Shown: positions 1-14,261 of the stretch, one piece after another
Layout of the letters: the number at the start of each line of letters is the position of its first letter
How positions within the stretch are numbered: the first letter of the stretch is position 1
Source: Chrysomallon squamiferum
Taxonomy: Eukaryota; Animalia; Mollusca
NCBI GenBank assembly: GCA_012295275.1
Contig: CM022668.1
Span: 14,136,001-14,200,000 of the forward strand
Reading direction: 5' to 3'
DNA: 64,000 nucleotides
Position numbers and translations under genes: made by a program
Notes under the pieces: generated by a model
Databases searched by the model: none
What the model was told of the DNA's origin: nothing
What the model saw: only the letters and a program-made list of their open reading frames with translations

Positions 1-558
1 ATCGTCATCATCGTAAGAATGAACGCCGTTGCAAGCGAGTTTCTCATATGACTCCGCGCTCGTTATTCCGCGAGTTTGATTATACACCACACCCATTTTC
101 CATTAATGTGTTTTCGCTATTGCCTTTTATCTGCTATCCGTGTCTCAGCGTAATAGGATTAGGCAGACTCTTGTGTCTGCGTTATGTAGTCGGAAGGAAC
201 TCAGTGGTATAATACACACACACGTGTCGATTGATGTAGACAGCATGTATAATAATACCTGCGATGACGTAAGAGTATTCTTCTTCTTCTTCTAAGTGTC
301 TTCCTTTTATTTAAAAAATATAATATGTCGTCTGCTGCTCAGAAAAAAAATATGGTTCCTTTTTTTTTTTTTTTTTTTTTTTTTTTCAAGTTTATTTTCT
401 GCATTACTGCTTTTTTTGTAGTTTTTTATTTCTCTCTCTTTCTTTCTTTTTAATATTCCTTTTATTTTTATTTTTTATATCATTATTTTTTGCGTGCTAT
501 TCTCTCTTTTCTCTGAATAAATTCGAGTGGGCTTGAATATCATTGTTATTTTTTTTAT

Positions 559-629
<71 letters not shown>

Positions 630-896
630 ATTATTATTATTAATATTATTACTATTATTATTTTCCTTTAATTATCCGATTAAAACTGATGTTAGCTCTG
701 AACATCCCCATGTTTCTAATGGCTTTTGCGACATGACTCAGGTGTTTTTTTGAAAACGAATGACTTCATTAAAGGTAAATCTATGCGTAATTATTTGATA
801 CTCTATCCTGTCTCAATTAAATTAATTTTTAGGCTGACAGCTGTCTCCGATTCCTCGAGGAATAATGTTGCCTAAGCCGGCGCGTTTTACGTCATT

Positions 897-908
897 CGCG
901 CATGCGCA
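897..908. promoter_or_regulatory. Perfect NRF1/EWG-type palindrome CGCGCATGCGCA in a small CpG-rich patch (with TTACGTCA just upstream)
   Basis: Matches the NRF1 consensus YGCGCATGCGCR exactly and lies in a locally CpG-rich, microsatellite-free patch (about 840-965). The target gene was not identified. Confidence 0.35.
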
Positions 909-1170
909 GACGCTTTGAAGCGGTTTACGTAGCCAAAGCGTAAGTAATGTAATAAACCAGCGAAACTTAATACTGTTTTATATCGAACATATTTTGATAA
1001 TGACGATGATGACGACGATGAAGCATGCAATAAAAGCATTAATAACTGTAGCATAAGTAATAGTAATCACAATAATAATAATAATAATAATGATGATGAT
1101 AATAATAATAATAATAATAATAATATAATATAATAATAATGATAATAATAATAATATAATAATAATAATA

Positions 1171-1229
<59 letters not shown>

Positions 1230-1339
1230 GCAAATTCAAATACACAGAATATATTTTACATAAACTTTCGTATTTTTCTTATAAAACAAATAACAACGAC
1301 AACAATACTACTACTACTACTACATCACTAATAGATACC

Positions 1340-1384
<45 letters not shown>

Positions 1385-1450
1385 TAAAACCCCAACATAA
1401 CAAACAAAACGTGCTTAGTTTTGTTTAATACATTTCATATTATTTCTGTC

Positions 1451-1561
1451 GTAACAAAGACACTGTAACAAAGACACTGTAACAAAGACACTGTAACAAA
1501 GACACTGTAACAAAGACACTGTAACAAAGACACTGTAACAAAGACACTGTAACAAAGACAC
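1451..1561. repeat. Perfect 14-bp minisatellite (GTAACAAAGACACT) x ~8
   Basis: Seven full identical units plus a 13-nt partial unit, read directly from the sequence. Confidence 0.97.
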
Positions 1562-2339
1562 GGAATCTCAAGCTGTTTTTCTTATTATTTTAATTCCAAT
1601 GCTACTGGGGTTAATACTCTGTATCTTGATTACATCTTTTTCTCGACGTAAAATGACAAAGAAAAAACATTGCCATTTACTGAAGGAGAATCTGAACATT
1701 CGAATGATGCATAATGCGTCAAAGATAGCATTGGTTAAAACACTACACTGAGCAGTAACAGACCCTAGGATCAAAACTGCAAAGCTCGGATTTTAATATT
1801 TTCCGATTCCACTGATTCCAATATTCAAAAACAATTCTTGGAAATTCTTCGAAACATTTTTTTTTTTCTACGCAACATTCGCTCAACTGTTTTTTTTTTG
1901 TTTTTTTTTTTTTTTCTCGATATTTTCTAAATTTTATTTCAACAGGCTTATTTCATTTATGAGAATTATTTTCTAGTGTTTTATTCATTATCTGAAATAC
2001 GATAACAGAATTTTTTTTGTTTTTTTTTTTTTTTTCTACGATTCCTTTTCACTGATGGTAAAATTCAACTGATTAATTTTTCCGTTTTCAGCTGCTTGTC
2101 TGTCAGACATCTCTACAGCACGACTGTTCATTTTTCTGTCATCAGGTATTAGATATCAAATGACTGATATTTGATTCGTACACGATTGTTCATTTTCATC
2201 ATCATCATCATATTAGATATCAAATGATCCAATATTTGAACGGACCAAAAGTTGCACTGAGATGAATTGTTCAATAAGCCCCAGGCCAGCGCAAAGAAAA
2301 ATCTTTAACACGTTGATTTATTGACCGAGCTAATGGTTT

Positions 2340-2428
<89 letters not shown>

Positions 2429-2496
2429 ATAATTACATAATGATATTCAAGCCCACTCGAATTTACTGACATTAAAACAACAACAACAACAACAAC

Positions 2497-2528
<32 letters not shown>

Positions 2529-3111
2529 TTACCTTCCCAAAAAAATAATAAAAGTGGAAAATGACTTTTGTTTCATATCCATTTCATTTGTAGAAATACT
2601 ATTTATTTATTTATTTATTTATTTATTCCTTTGTTTGTTTATTATTATTATTATTATTGTTGTTGTTGTTGTTGTTGTTGTTATCGATATTATTTATTTA
2701 TTTATTAAGTAATTAATTAATTTACATATTTATATTAATCTTCAATTAGAAAAAAAAAAAACACGAAGACAAACGAAAAAAGTTATATTTAAAAATGCTA
2801 CAACTGGTCCTAAGACGCGTCCGCCTTGCAGAGCAGAAGCAAAGCGTAACAGTTTCCAGTTCACGGTGTTAAAATGGTCGCTAGGACGTGATCGATTGTT
2901 TTCTGGTATCTTAGTCGCGAGAACGCAGAAAGAAACGCCATCGATCCTTCGGTAATACGGCGGAGTGAAGCAGAACGAAAAACCAAGTCAAATGTGCTCA
3001 ACTGTGCGGATTTGAATAAAAACAGATTCATTAGAGCAGGCGCCATTATGTGGAACAGATCGAGTTACCCAGTGTCGTCACCGTTTTTTTTTTTTTTTTT
3101 TTTTTCTTTCA

Positions 3112-3143
<32 letters not shown>

Positions 3144-3479
3144 TTTTTTCTTCTTATTTCTTATGTATCTATCTATCTATCTACGTATCTATCTATGTCT
3201 CTGCCTGCCTGCCTATTTATTTATTTATTGATGTATTTATTGATTTATTGATTTATTTATTGATTTATCTTACAATCACTGTATGTAAAGGCAGGTGACT
3301 GTTATTATTATTGTTATTATTATTACTGTTTACTATTATTATTACTATTATTATTGTTATTATTATTACTGTTTACTATTATTTATTACTATTACTATTA
3401 TTATTACTATTATTATTGTTATTACTATTATATTCTTGTTATCATTGTAATTATTATTGTTATTATGACTCTGACTATG

Positions 3480-3520
<41 letters not shown>

Positions 3521-3702
3521 CATCATCATCATCATCAAAAGTGTAAGAAGATTTGATAAAAAAAAAAAAAAAAAAAAGAAAGATGAATACAAATATACAT
3601 AGAAACGAAAATAAAATGTAATAAATAACTAAAACAAAAGATACTGGTCACAGTTACAGGCAAAAATCGCATTTTCACTTTGTTGGATTCATTTTACATC
3701 AT

Positions 3703-4225
3703 TCTGTTCTTACGGATTAGTTAATATGCAACATGTGACCTTTAGATACCACCAATAGCTGAATTTAAATCATTGTGACGTCAAACGCCATAGCAACGCC
3801 ATTTAGTCCGATCGAAAATGACGTAATAAAGTTAGCAATAAGACGACAGAAGGCATTAGAAATGTGTTAGTTATGTTTTGTACCTTGAACATGACTTTTT
3901 TTTAATTTTCTTATTTCTTTTTTCTTTTTTTTTGAAATTGTTTTTATTATTATTTTATGAATTAAACACAATGATGAGATGTCATTTGCCAACGTTAAGC
4001 ATTTCGTTAGGAAGCTGATTTTTTTGCAGAAAATTGATTTCGGAATGAACAGTCAGAAATTAAATGGAATTTTCTTTGTTTAAATGTCAAATAAATTCTG
4101 TGGATTCGTGTGTGCTTGAATGTCAAAATTGTTAATCTGTCTCTCTCGCTCTGTATGTGTGTGCATATTAAAATGCATGTATCATGTGAATATGTATGTG
4201 TGTGTGTACATACATATGTATTGTA

Positions 4226-4308
<83 letters not shown>

Positions 4309-4497
4309 ATGTTCTTTACATGTTGATATATATATATATATATCATTGTAATAATGAAACTAGATTATTGCTTAGCTTATTACGTCATATTCGATCGAAT
4401 CAAATAGCGTTGCTATGACGTTTGACGTCACAATGAATTAGTACTATTGATATTGATAATCTAAAGGTTATGTGTTGAAATAACTACGAAAGAAGAA
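3703..4497. repeat. Imperfect ~140-bp inverted repeat pair (about 3703-3841 and 4364-4497) around a ~520-bp spacer; MITE/foldback-like
   Basis: The reverse complement of the left arm (ttattgctaactttattacgtcattttcgatcggactaaatggcgttgctatggcgtttgacgtcacaatga...) aligns with the right arm (ttattgcttagcttattacgtcatattcgatcgaatcaaatagcgttgctatgacgtttgacgtcacaatga...). Confidence 0.85.
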
Positions 4498-4752
4498 GCG
4501 TGTAATATCCAAGAAATAATGATAGAGAGGGGGAGAGAGGACTGAGAGAGGGAAGAGTGAGATAGATTATTCAGTATACCGTTACATTTTGAACTTTTGT
4601 CAAGAGAAGTTAAATTGAAAGTACGATTTGCTAACAAGCAATCGCTAAAAACATTTCGTTGTACTTTTCATTACGTTTATTGATTAATTTTTTAATGATC
4701 TTTATAATCATTCTTTTTTCTTTTTTCCTCTGATTTATTTGTTTATTTTATT

Positions 4753-4783
<31 letters not shown>

Positions 4784-5178
4784 TTTTATTTTGTTTTTTT
4801 TACTACTTTTTTTTCATTATTAATAAAAAAATTTTTTTGGAGGGAAAGAAAAAAGAAAACATAAAAAAAAATTAAAAAATAAAATTGTATATATTGCCAT
4901 GACTGACTACTGATTTTGAGAATTGATTTGAGAATTGTTTTGTGCAGTGTGGAGTCGGGTTAATGACGTAAAAATGTCTTTAACGAGTTATCCATTAAAC
5001 TTTCTGATTCAGTCTAAAAAAAAAAAAAAAGTGATTTAAGATATAAAATATGTTTTTACGAAAGATTTAAATTTCATAAATGTTTTATTTCGATTTTTGT
5101 TGATGGTTTTTTTTTTTTTTTTGTTTGTTTTGTCGGTTTTTTGTTTTTACGTGTTTTATTTCATTAATTATTATTATT

Positions 5179-5220
<42 letters not shown>

Positions 5221-5408
5221 CTATTATCGTTCCATTTCATTCTTTTCTTTGTTTCTTTGGGGTTTTTTCTAAAAAATTTCTTCATGTTTCGACTTTTCTG
5301 TATTTGCCTCTACATCCAAGTCTCTATATTCCTTTTTGTCCGTCTATCCGTCTGTCTCTCTATTCGTGTGTTTCTGTCTACGTCTTTAATTCTTATGTAT
5401 GACCCAAC

Positions 5409-5490
<82 letters not shown>

Positions 5491-6097
5491 TCTCTCTCTT
5501 TCTCTTCGTTAAGAATTAATATAAATATAATATGTAGTCGCTGAATAATATTACATTGTTGGGATTTACATAATTATCGTACATGTTGGATTACTTTTAA
5601 TTATTTATCGTACGTGAACGAACACAGTTGTGTTTTCTTGTTCTATTGTTGCAGAGAAATGAAACATATTAACATTAATTCTTAACGAAGAAAGAGAGAA
5701 TTATAGAGAGAGGAGAGCGATATATATAAATGTGTGTGTGTGTGTGTGTGTGTGGAGAGAGAGAGAGAGAGAGAGAGAGAGGGTTGGGTTATACATAAGA
5801 ATTAAAGATATATATAAACCCTTTTTGAAAAAAATCTGTTTTCTGATGGACTTTAAAATATAAGTAGACGTATTTGTATCATATAAATTTAACTAATCTA
5901 GGATATTTATTTGAAAGGTCTATAAAGACGTTATTGTACGTTTCATAAGCTCGGGTTTCATGTGTGTAGTAGTTAGATTTGTTAGTTTCTGTGCCATTAG
6001 ATTTAGAGATTCATTCAAGAGCTAATTACATTTTGATGATTATGATGATGATGAGGAGGATGATGATAACGACGACAACAACAATCACAACAACTGT

Positions 6098-6335
6098 CCT
6101 TTATCCGAAACGATTTGGGACCGGAAATGTTTTGGATTTCGGATGTTTTCGGAGTTTTGGAATCTACGAATCTATCCAGAGAACTGGATTTAAATTTAAA
6201 CACAACATCCATTCCTATTTTATATACAGATTATGCAGATAATAATGCTGAATTTTAAAATAATTTAAAAAACAAAAAGTCGATTTTTTTTTCTCACGAA
6301 ATAAAGTTTGTGTGTGCCAAGGCACTCGAAAACTG
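6098..6335 (+). mobile_element. Remnant of a pogo/Tigger-family DNA transposon end (Tigger4/Zombi/MER46-like)
   Basis: cctttatccgaaacgatttgggaccggaaatgttttggatttcggatgttttcggagttttggaat closely resembles, from memory, the Tigger4 terminal sequence CCTTATCCGAAATGCTTGGGACCAGAAGTGTTTCGGATTTCGGATTTTTTCGGATTTTGGAAT. Downstream taaacac...tatatac...gaaataaagtttgtgt is also collinear. Not database-verified. Confidence 0.6.
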
Positions 6336-8494
6336 TTTATGGTGCTGGAACTAAATTTCATGATGGTGATGATGATGATGATGAAAATAATAACAACTAC
6401 TACTACTTGTACTACTATACTATTACTTCTACTATTACAACTAGTTCAAATGATAATAATAACTACCATAACAACAATATTAATAACAGTAAAAGCAATA
6501 ACAACAATAAAATCGACACAACATCAACAGTAACAACAGCAACAATATCCAGTAATAGAGGTTGTTGTTGTTGTCCTGGTGATAGTAGTAGCAGTCGTTG
6601 TTGTTGCAGCAGTAATAATAGTAATGGTTACTGTTGTTGTTGTAATAGTAGTAACATCAAAATAACATGTTATAAAACGAAAATGATACTGATAGCAATA
6701 ACAGTAATCACAATGATCTGAAATTGTAGTAACTATATATTCCACTGTTGAAGCTAATAAAATTTTAATATGCAGGAAATTCAATACACCGAGTTGTCAC
6801 AGAAATATATCAATAACAAATTTGGTTTTCAGTTTTGTTTAAACAGTTTAACGTGTTTATGTGAAATCGATAATTCTATTAAATATGCAGAGCACAGACA
6901 CACAGACAAACAGAAAATAAGACATAAATCGTTAGAAAGATAAATGTACAGATGGAGAGATTAGACAGATAGATAAAGAGACAGACAGATAGGTAGATAG
7001 ATAGAAAGACAGAGAACGTTTCTAGTTAACAGTAATATTATACTGAATGAATCTATCTGACGTGCAGATGGGTAGATTAGGGAGAGAGACAAAAGGAGAA
7101 TGATAGGTAGATAGATAGCTTTTTTGTTTGCGGTCTGTCATATACACAGACAAACAGACAGATAGGAAGGTTGATAGATAAAAAGATAAAGACAGTATAT
7201 CTAGTTTACAATAATATATTCTCTCAATATAAATAATTAGAGAGATCGACAGATAGATTGATTACATACATACATATATACATACATATATTACATATAC
7301 ATACATACATACATACATACAAACATACATACATACATACATACATACATACATACATACATACATACATAAAAGCAAATGGACGCACAAACAAGACAGA
7401 TAGACAGACAAGTCGAATACTAATATGCTGTTTTGCGAACGAAAAACACCAAAGGGAATTGTATATTGTGTAACTCGAATTACACCACATTATACGTGTT
7501 AGATGAGAAAAGCCGACTGCTTAAAATAAATTGCCTTTGGAATTCTTCTTTTCCTCTGACATTTGCAAAATATCAAACAGTCGACGACCCAGAGGCACGC
7601 AGAGGTTTGGTGTTGTCCGGGAGACAACTCTTTGATTGTCTGCCCCCAAGACACCAGTATAAGGACTAGCACTGAGAACAGACAGGAAGACATATTAAAT
7701 ACGTTGAAAACAGATGAGAATAAATTAAAATAATAAATTAGCCCAATTTCGGTGGTGACTCAGATGAGTCTTCCTGACAGAAAACTACTTCAATTTCATT
7801 TTATTATTTTTTTATTATTATTATTATTTTTTTTTTATCAGCTAGGTGAAATTATTATTCAGTTCTGACTAAAATCGAGTCAGTTTGTCGCTCTGGTGAT
7901 ATGGAGGACTTTAGACACGTTTATATTAATTTCGGCTTTGAAAAACGACCTTTTCACAACTTGCGACTGAAAAAAAAAAAAAAAAAAAAAAGCAACAGCA
8001 AGCAGGAATCTGTATTAAAACACGAAATCCACATTCACATCAGCTTGTGGCATTTCAGGTCAGCTTGAATAACGAGCTTTACAGCGATCATTTTAAATTT
8101 TAAAAAGAAACGTAATTTTTAATTTCACTCTTTAATTGCGTGTCCCCCTGAATCTGAAGTCCTGCGCAGTTGATACCTTTCCGCACCCCAAGGGTGGGAT
8201 CCACATGACTCCCACATGACACGCTTTGTATAATACTGATCATCTTAGTTTTCTATTTTATTTTTATTTTATTCGTTATTATTATCATTATTATTAGATG
8301 GCCGTAACTAGACTGTTTTTGAAATGAGGCAGAAACTGACGTCTTTGAAGTCAGTTACGTCTTTCTCTGTCTTTCCTCGCAAGATTCGTTAGTCTTCAAA
8401 CCGTAACCGAAGTCATCAACGAAATCATTCATTGGATATTATTTATTTATTTATTTATTTATTTACTTATTGATTTATTTATTTATTTATTTAC

Positions 8495-8525
<31 letters not shown>

Positions 8526-8994
8526 CTTATTTATTTATTTATTTACTTACATATTTATTTATCTACTTACTTATTTACTAACTTATTTATTTATTTACTT
8601 ATTTATTTATTTACTTACTTATTTATTTATTTATTTATTTATTTTACACATCAAAGGAATACCATTTTTTCAAAGTCACATTCACACAGACACCCCCCCA
8701 TTTCCAAAACACTCGACCCGCCCGAGACTATTGTTAATGTAGACTTTGGTTTTGACTTCAGTGTCAGGAAGCGGAAATGCCAAAAAGATAAGATGAAAAA
8801 ATCAATTATTAATTAAATATTTACTTACTTTGTTGCCAGATAACCTTTCAGTACGATAATAGTCGGCCAATGTGTTGTTGTGATTTTGCGTTTAATTTAG
8901 AGAGAAAAAAAAAATATATACTGTTACCGATTTTCTATAAAGTTTAATCTATTTTTACGCGTAATATTATGTAATTACGATTAATAGAGTAATA

Positions 8995-9120
<126 letters not shown>

Positions 9121-9872
9121 TTCAAAAAATTGTTTAATGAATGTAAATATACTGTTTTGTTTTATTTTTCTTTACTTTTTTCCCTTTCTTTGCATGACAG
9201 TCTAAATTTAAATTTTATTTGCATGATATTTTTCTTTTCCTTTTTTTTAACTAAGCTTATACAAGTCCACACAACTAAACTGCTTTGAAATACAAGCACA
9301 TTTAAGTAGCGGTACTACAAGCTGATAACAGAATAAAGCTGAACTATAAATAAACTCTGTGTTCTTCAAGCATGTAAGTAGAAAAGAGCAATGATACTTT
9401 GTCAATAATTGAATCTGTTATCTTATTACGTATTCAACGAATAAGATAGGTCAATTTTCATTTGAAGTCCCAGAACACTTTCCAGAAGATGAATATTTAA
9501 TTATCTGCCACCATATCAATAATAAACTGAAAAGTACTAGGATCTATATGTATTTATGTGTGTGTGTATTAATGTATGTATGTATGTATGTGTATGGATC
9601 ACATAGTAATGTATGTGTATGTATTTAAGTATGTGTGTATGTGTATGCATGTATGTCTGCATATGAATGTATGTATGTATGTGTGTATCTGAATGTATGT
9701 ATCTATGTGTGTATGTATGTGTGTATTTATGTACGTGTGTATGTATGTATGTGTGTATATAAATGTATGTATGTATGTATGTGTGTATGTATGTGTATGT
9801 GTATGTTAATGTGTGGAGAGAGAGACAGTGAGAGACAGAGGCAGAGACAGACTGAGAGACAGAGACAGAGAG

Positions 9873-9979
<107 letters not shown>

Positions 9980-10099
9980 CTGACCATTTGATAGACATTT
10001 CAAATGTTCGTTTGAACTAACTACTGCAGCACTACCTCTTTCTATTCTATTATTTAGCAAAAACTTTACAAGCAGGTTTAATACTTAAGTTTATTTTAA

Positions 10100-11026
10100 T
10101 TACATGGAATCTATTTCGTCCACATCTAAAAAATAATATGGAAGAACAATAAATATACATAAATACACATACATACATAGACACATACACACACACACAC
10201 ACATGCACGCATACATACACACATACACACACACATGCACGCATACATACACACATACATACACACACACATACATACATACATATATACATACATACAT
10301 ACATACATACACACATACACACATACATACATACATACACAAATACATGTAAACATATTGAAAAAGATAGACAGATAGATAAATGTGTAGAGAGATAGAC
10401 ACATAACTACAAAGATTCATATTTTAATGGATAGACCGGCTGTTTAATTATAATAATCGAGCATAAAAAGAACAACACCAGCCATTAACACCGCACTATA
10501 CTGTTGAAGTGGTCTGCCGTTTTACGAAATAAACGATTTCGTTTCCAGTTCTGCATTTTTCAAATCAATTTTCCATAAACATGAGCGTCCACAGAAAGTC
10601 ATTCATCATTTCGCGTGACGTGAGTTTTGTTGTTAATTCCCATGACGATCTATTATTATTCATTTATTACTCAAGAGCTTTTTAGAAAAATCAAGGGTGT
10701 TATGTCACGATTGAATGAGATAAGCAGACGCCTTTTCTCGTAAGGTGCAGGACTGCGCATGCGCGCATACATGGCAGAAGAATTTCCTTTTGCGGTGGAC
10801 AAAATTAGCACGTGTTTACATTAATAATAATTAAAAACATAAAATAAAATAGAACAAAATAAAATAAAAATGATGAAAACTGTATACTTCTTTACTGCGT
10901 CTACACTCTTTGAAGAAAATGTAAGTGGAATGAACTAAAAGAAAGTAGGTTTTTCGCTCTCCTGATGTTTACATAAAATGATGAAGATTAAATAAGAGAC
11001 AGAATATTACAGAGTTAGATACACAG

Positions 11027-11098
<72 letters not shown>

Positions 11099-11329
11099 TG
11101 TTTAGAGAAAAGACAAAAAGAGGGATAGATAGATAGAGAGATAAAGAGACAGACAGGCAGATATACAAAACTAAAGATAAATTACATAGTCAGACAGACA
11201 GAGAAACAGATAGATAGGTAGATAGATAGATAGATAGATACATAGATACATAGATACATAGATACATAGATAGATAGATAGATAGTTTATATGTGATGAT
11301 CTTAACAAATTAGCCTATGTCAGACAGAC

Positions 11330-11422
<93 letters not shown>

Positions 11423-12363
11423 GAGAAGAATAGACAAATAGGGAGAGAAAGAGAGAGCGAAGAACGGAAAGATCGAAAAAGTGTATACGCGAGTAGAAGC
11501 ATGAAAACGAGGAAAAGCGCTAAAGAAAACGTGCAAGAAAGATGATAATAAAGAGCACACGAGAATGAACACTGACCTTTCTTCTTCACCACAGTCCGAG
11601 GCAATTTCGGTCTTTCCGTGTAGCGTAATGGTTTGTGGAAAGCATCCTCCACAATCTGCTCATCGCCTTGGACAGGGAAATGTCTGACGAAACCTGAAGC
11701 TGGATGACGTCCTGAAGAACAGTCAGCGTCAGTGGAATAATGCTGAAACCTGTGACCGCACCTAGGGCAAATTGTCGCGTGCATCTCAATTTCGTTATGG
11801 TCCACTACGTAACCTTTGTTCGAATACCCAGAGAAACTCGTTTCGGCTTTGAAATCAAAATCGCTTTCAGAATTCGAGCAGTTGTATTTTTCATTGGCGC
11901 ACGAATGACGTCTCTTTGGAGCATGCGCAGTAGGGTAAGGCAACAGTTCTGTGATGTCGTTACACTTCCGGTCGGAAACGATGCTAAAGAAATCGTTATC
12001 TCCCTTTTGCGCAATAGGTCGAAATACGTTACTTTTGGAGTTATCGTTCGTTGCTTCACATACGGGCGCTTGGTGGTCTTCAGGATTCTGACTGTTGGTC
12101 GAGTTCATGGAAGCCACCAGATCATCATACGGAATGTTATTGGTTGAGCAAAGGCACACTGCAATTCTGGGTCGTTTGATATTAAGATTCAAACTGGCGT
12201 ACTCTAAGGCCAATTCTTGCTTACGTAAGAATTTACGATGGTAACTGAGGAACGACAGTGACAGAAAGATTATCATGGACAGACCTATGACAACGCCTGG
12301 AAGCCATAGCAACCTGGTCGTATCCATTACGTCATCAGTAGCATCTGTTGTATTGTTCGTCAT
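10100..12363 (-). CDS. Uncharacterised single-pass (type III-like) membrane protein, ~270 aa; exons 12363-11577 and 10125-10100
   Basis: ATG at 12363 with an in-frame upstream TAA. The N-terminus MTNNTT carries an N-glycan sequon and is followed by a TM helix LLWLPGVVIGLSMIIFLSLSFLSY, a basic stop-transfer HRKFLRK and a long polar tail. A phase-1 donor AAG|gtcagt at 11577/11576 joins the acceptor tatttttag|AT at 10125 to give ...KKKDVDEIDSM*. The run-on of the track ORF into (TC)n is intron read-through. The last exon is less certain than the main exon. Confidence 0.75.
10754..10765. promoter_or_regulatory. Perfect NRF1-type palindrome TGCGCATGCGCG (in the predicted intron of the membrane-protein gene)
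   Basis: Exact consensus match in a short GC-richer patch. Confidence 0.3.
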
Positions 12364-14223
12364 AGTTAAAAGTTGTCTAGTTATCACAGAATGTTAAAGT
12401 AACGATTAAGAAACAAGTTTCCAAAATGTATGGATATAATGCTCTGGTATTCCTGTCTGAATTATTGCAGTTTTGATTCCATACAATTTTAATGTGATCG
12501 TTTAAAGATCTAACAAGTTAGTCCAGAATATTTACACATTTTTGGCCGTGTCTTAATTTTATACACTTTTTAAACCTCCTCATATGTCAGCTCTTATGAA
12601 TACTTCTGAATAAAACGCTAACAAAAAATTAAGGATCTGAACTGAGAAGTTTAGAATAAAGACGTACGTCAAATGTAATTACTGTCATATCCGTCGTTTA
12701 TATAAATGTTTATCTTAGAGCAGTGTATGTGAATTCTAACGTATGGGGTGATCGCTAGTCCGTGAAATGTACTGTCTGTGTACGTTATGCCGTGAAGCGT
12801 GACGTATACGTGAAAAATGACGGCTGTGTTGTTTATCTGATGTCTTCTTCTTCGTTAGCAGCTGCCTCCGTGAATTTTTCACATTTTATGCCAAATCATT
12901 TTACATCACCCAGTCCGTTATCTTCTACCAGCTAATGCATATCTTCTGCTCCACGACATGAAATATTAATATCAGAATCACATCGGATGCGATACCACTT
13001 CTACACCACGAACAACCACAGCAAACTAAATTAAGCTGTGCCTTCGTTTTACTTTGTCGTTTTGGCTTAAGTCGTTCTACTCCTGGTCTTTCATTTCCGA
13101 TGCAAATAACAGTCTTAACAGGATTACGAGCGGCTAAGCTAACTACTGCACTGGATTATCAAATTACTCCAAAACATCGATTCGCAATCAGCAGCAGCAG
13201 CATTCGAATACCACAACAAACCAATTTATGCTTCATCCATTCAGTTAAAATTGATTCTTCTTTTTTTGTGTGCTTTTTAGCAGTTTTGATTCTTGACGTC
13301 AAAGACAATTCCCAGAATGTTTACTCAACCTGTTCTTCTTTATCCTAGCTGCTCTTCGTGGGGCTGTTACTCGTTTGACTTCACTGCACCAGAGAAATCC
13401 CTCGACAGTTTGATATTTAAAACGACGTTTTCGCTGTCTCCGAGCTGTGATTTCAGTCGCAGAACTTCCATCGATTCGTGAGCACGTCGTCCATGACTTA
13501 ATACTGCAAATCAAACAAAACAAAACAAAACCTTAACCAGCTTCGTTTTTCTTCTTCTTCTTCTTCTTCTTTCCCCTCTACGTTCTCGCTTCACTAATCA
13601 GTCGAGACAAACGACGTAATTACCAAAAAATGTCAGACGCTAATGTCTTCCTTAAAAAAAAAAAAAAAAAAAAAAAGAGGACAAGACCATTAACGTTAAA
13701 AGTAACTGTACAGATAAATTATCGTTATATGTTGCAGGGGCGTGTGTACTCTGACAGAGTTGTTCTTAATATTAACCAAATATTGGAAGGATAGATAGTT
13801 GGAATAAAAAAAAAAAAAAAAAAAAAAATTAAATTAAAAATGTGTGTAAAAATTGTTGAGAACTATTATAGAGAAAAAGAAAATTACATTAAAACGAAAA
13901 CCAGCTACACAGATAAATTAGTTTTATATGAAGAAGGGGCGTTTACATATAACACGCTCTAAGTATAATTCAGTTATAGGTGAGTTTTGGAATAAAACAA
14001 TTTTTAAAAAAGGAGAAATAACGAGGGTTTATCATGGGTAAGAAATAGAAAAGCACTTTTGAGTGTATTCGTTGTTGTTATTATTGTGTAAATTTTAATG
14101 TTATTCAAATTATGGTTTACACGCATGGTTCCTGAATTTAACTGAAATATCCGTGTATTCATAAATACAATGGATAAAAATATTTATTTTATTACTTATA
14201 TATTTGTTAATATTATTTAGAGT

Positions 14224-14261
<38 letters not shown>

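Noticed and set aside
1-300. CpG-richer segment with a possible donor (GAC|gtaaga at about 268) and a 69-codon open frame
   Set aside because: No recognisable protein, and it is truncated by the window edge. It could be UTR or promoter of a neighbouring gene.
2800-3080. GC-richer island with short ORFs on both strands
   Set aside because: No convincing coding signal or splice partner; possibly regulatory or a non-coding exon.
7499-7671. Exon-like block on the - strand with a good acceptor (ttcctgtctgttctcag) and two open frames
   Set aside because: I could not link it confidently to the upstream membrane-protein gene, which already has a phase-compatible terminal exon. It may be an alternative or UTR exon, but this is unsupported without RNA data.
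11320-11576. Second hydrophobic segment at the end of the 355-aa track ORF, suggesting a two-TM protein
   Set aside because: It lies after a strong donor (AAG|gtcagt) and runs into a (TC)n tract, so it is best explained as intron read-through.
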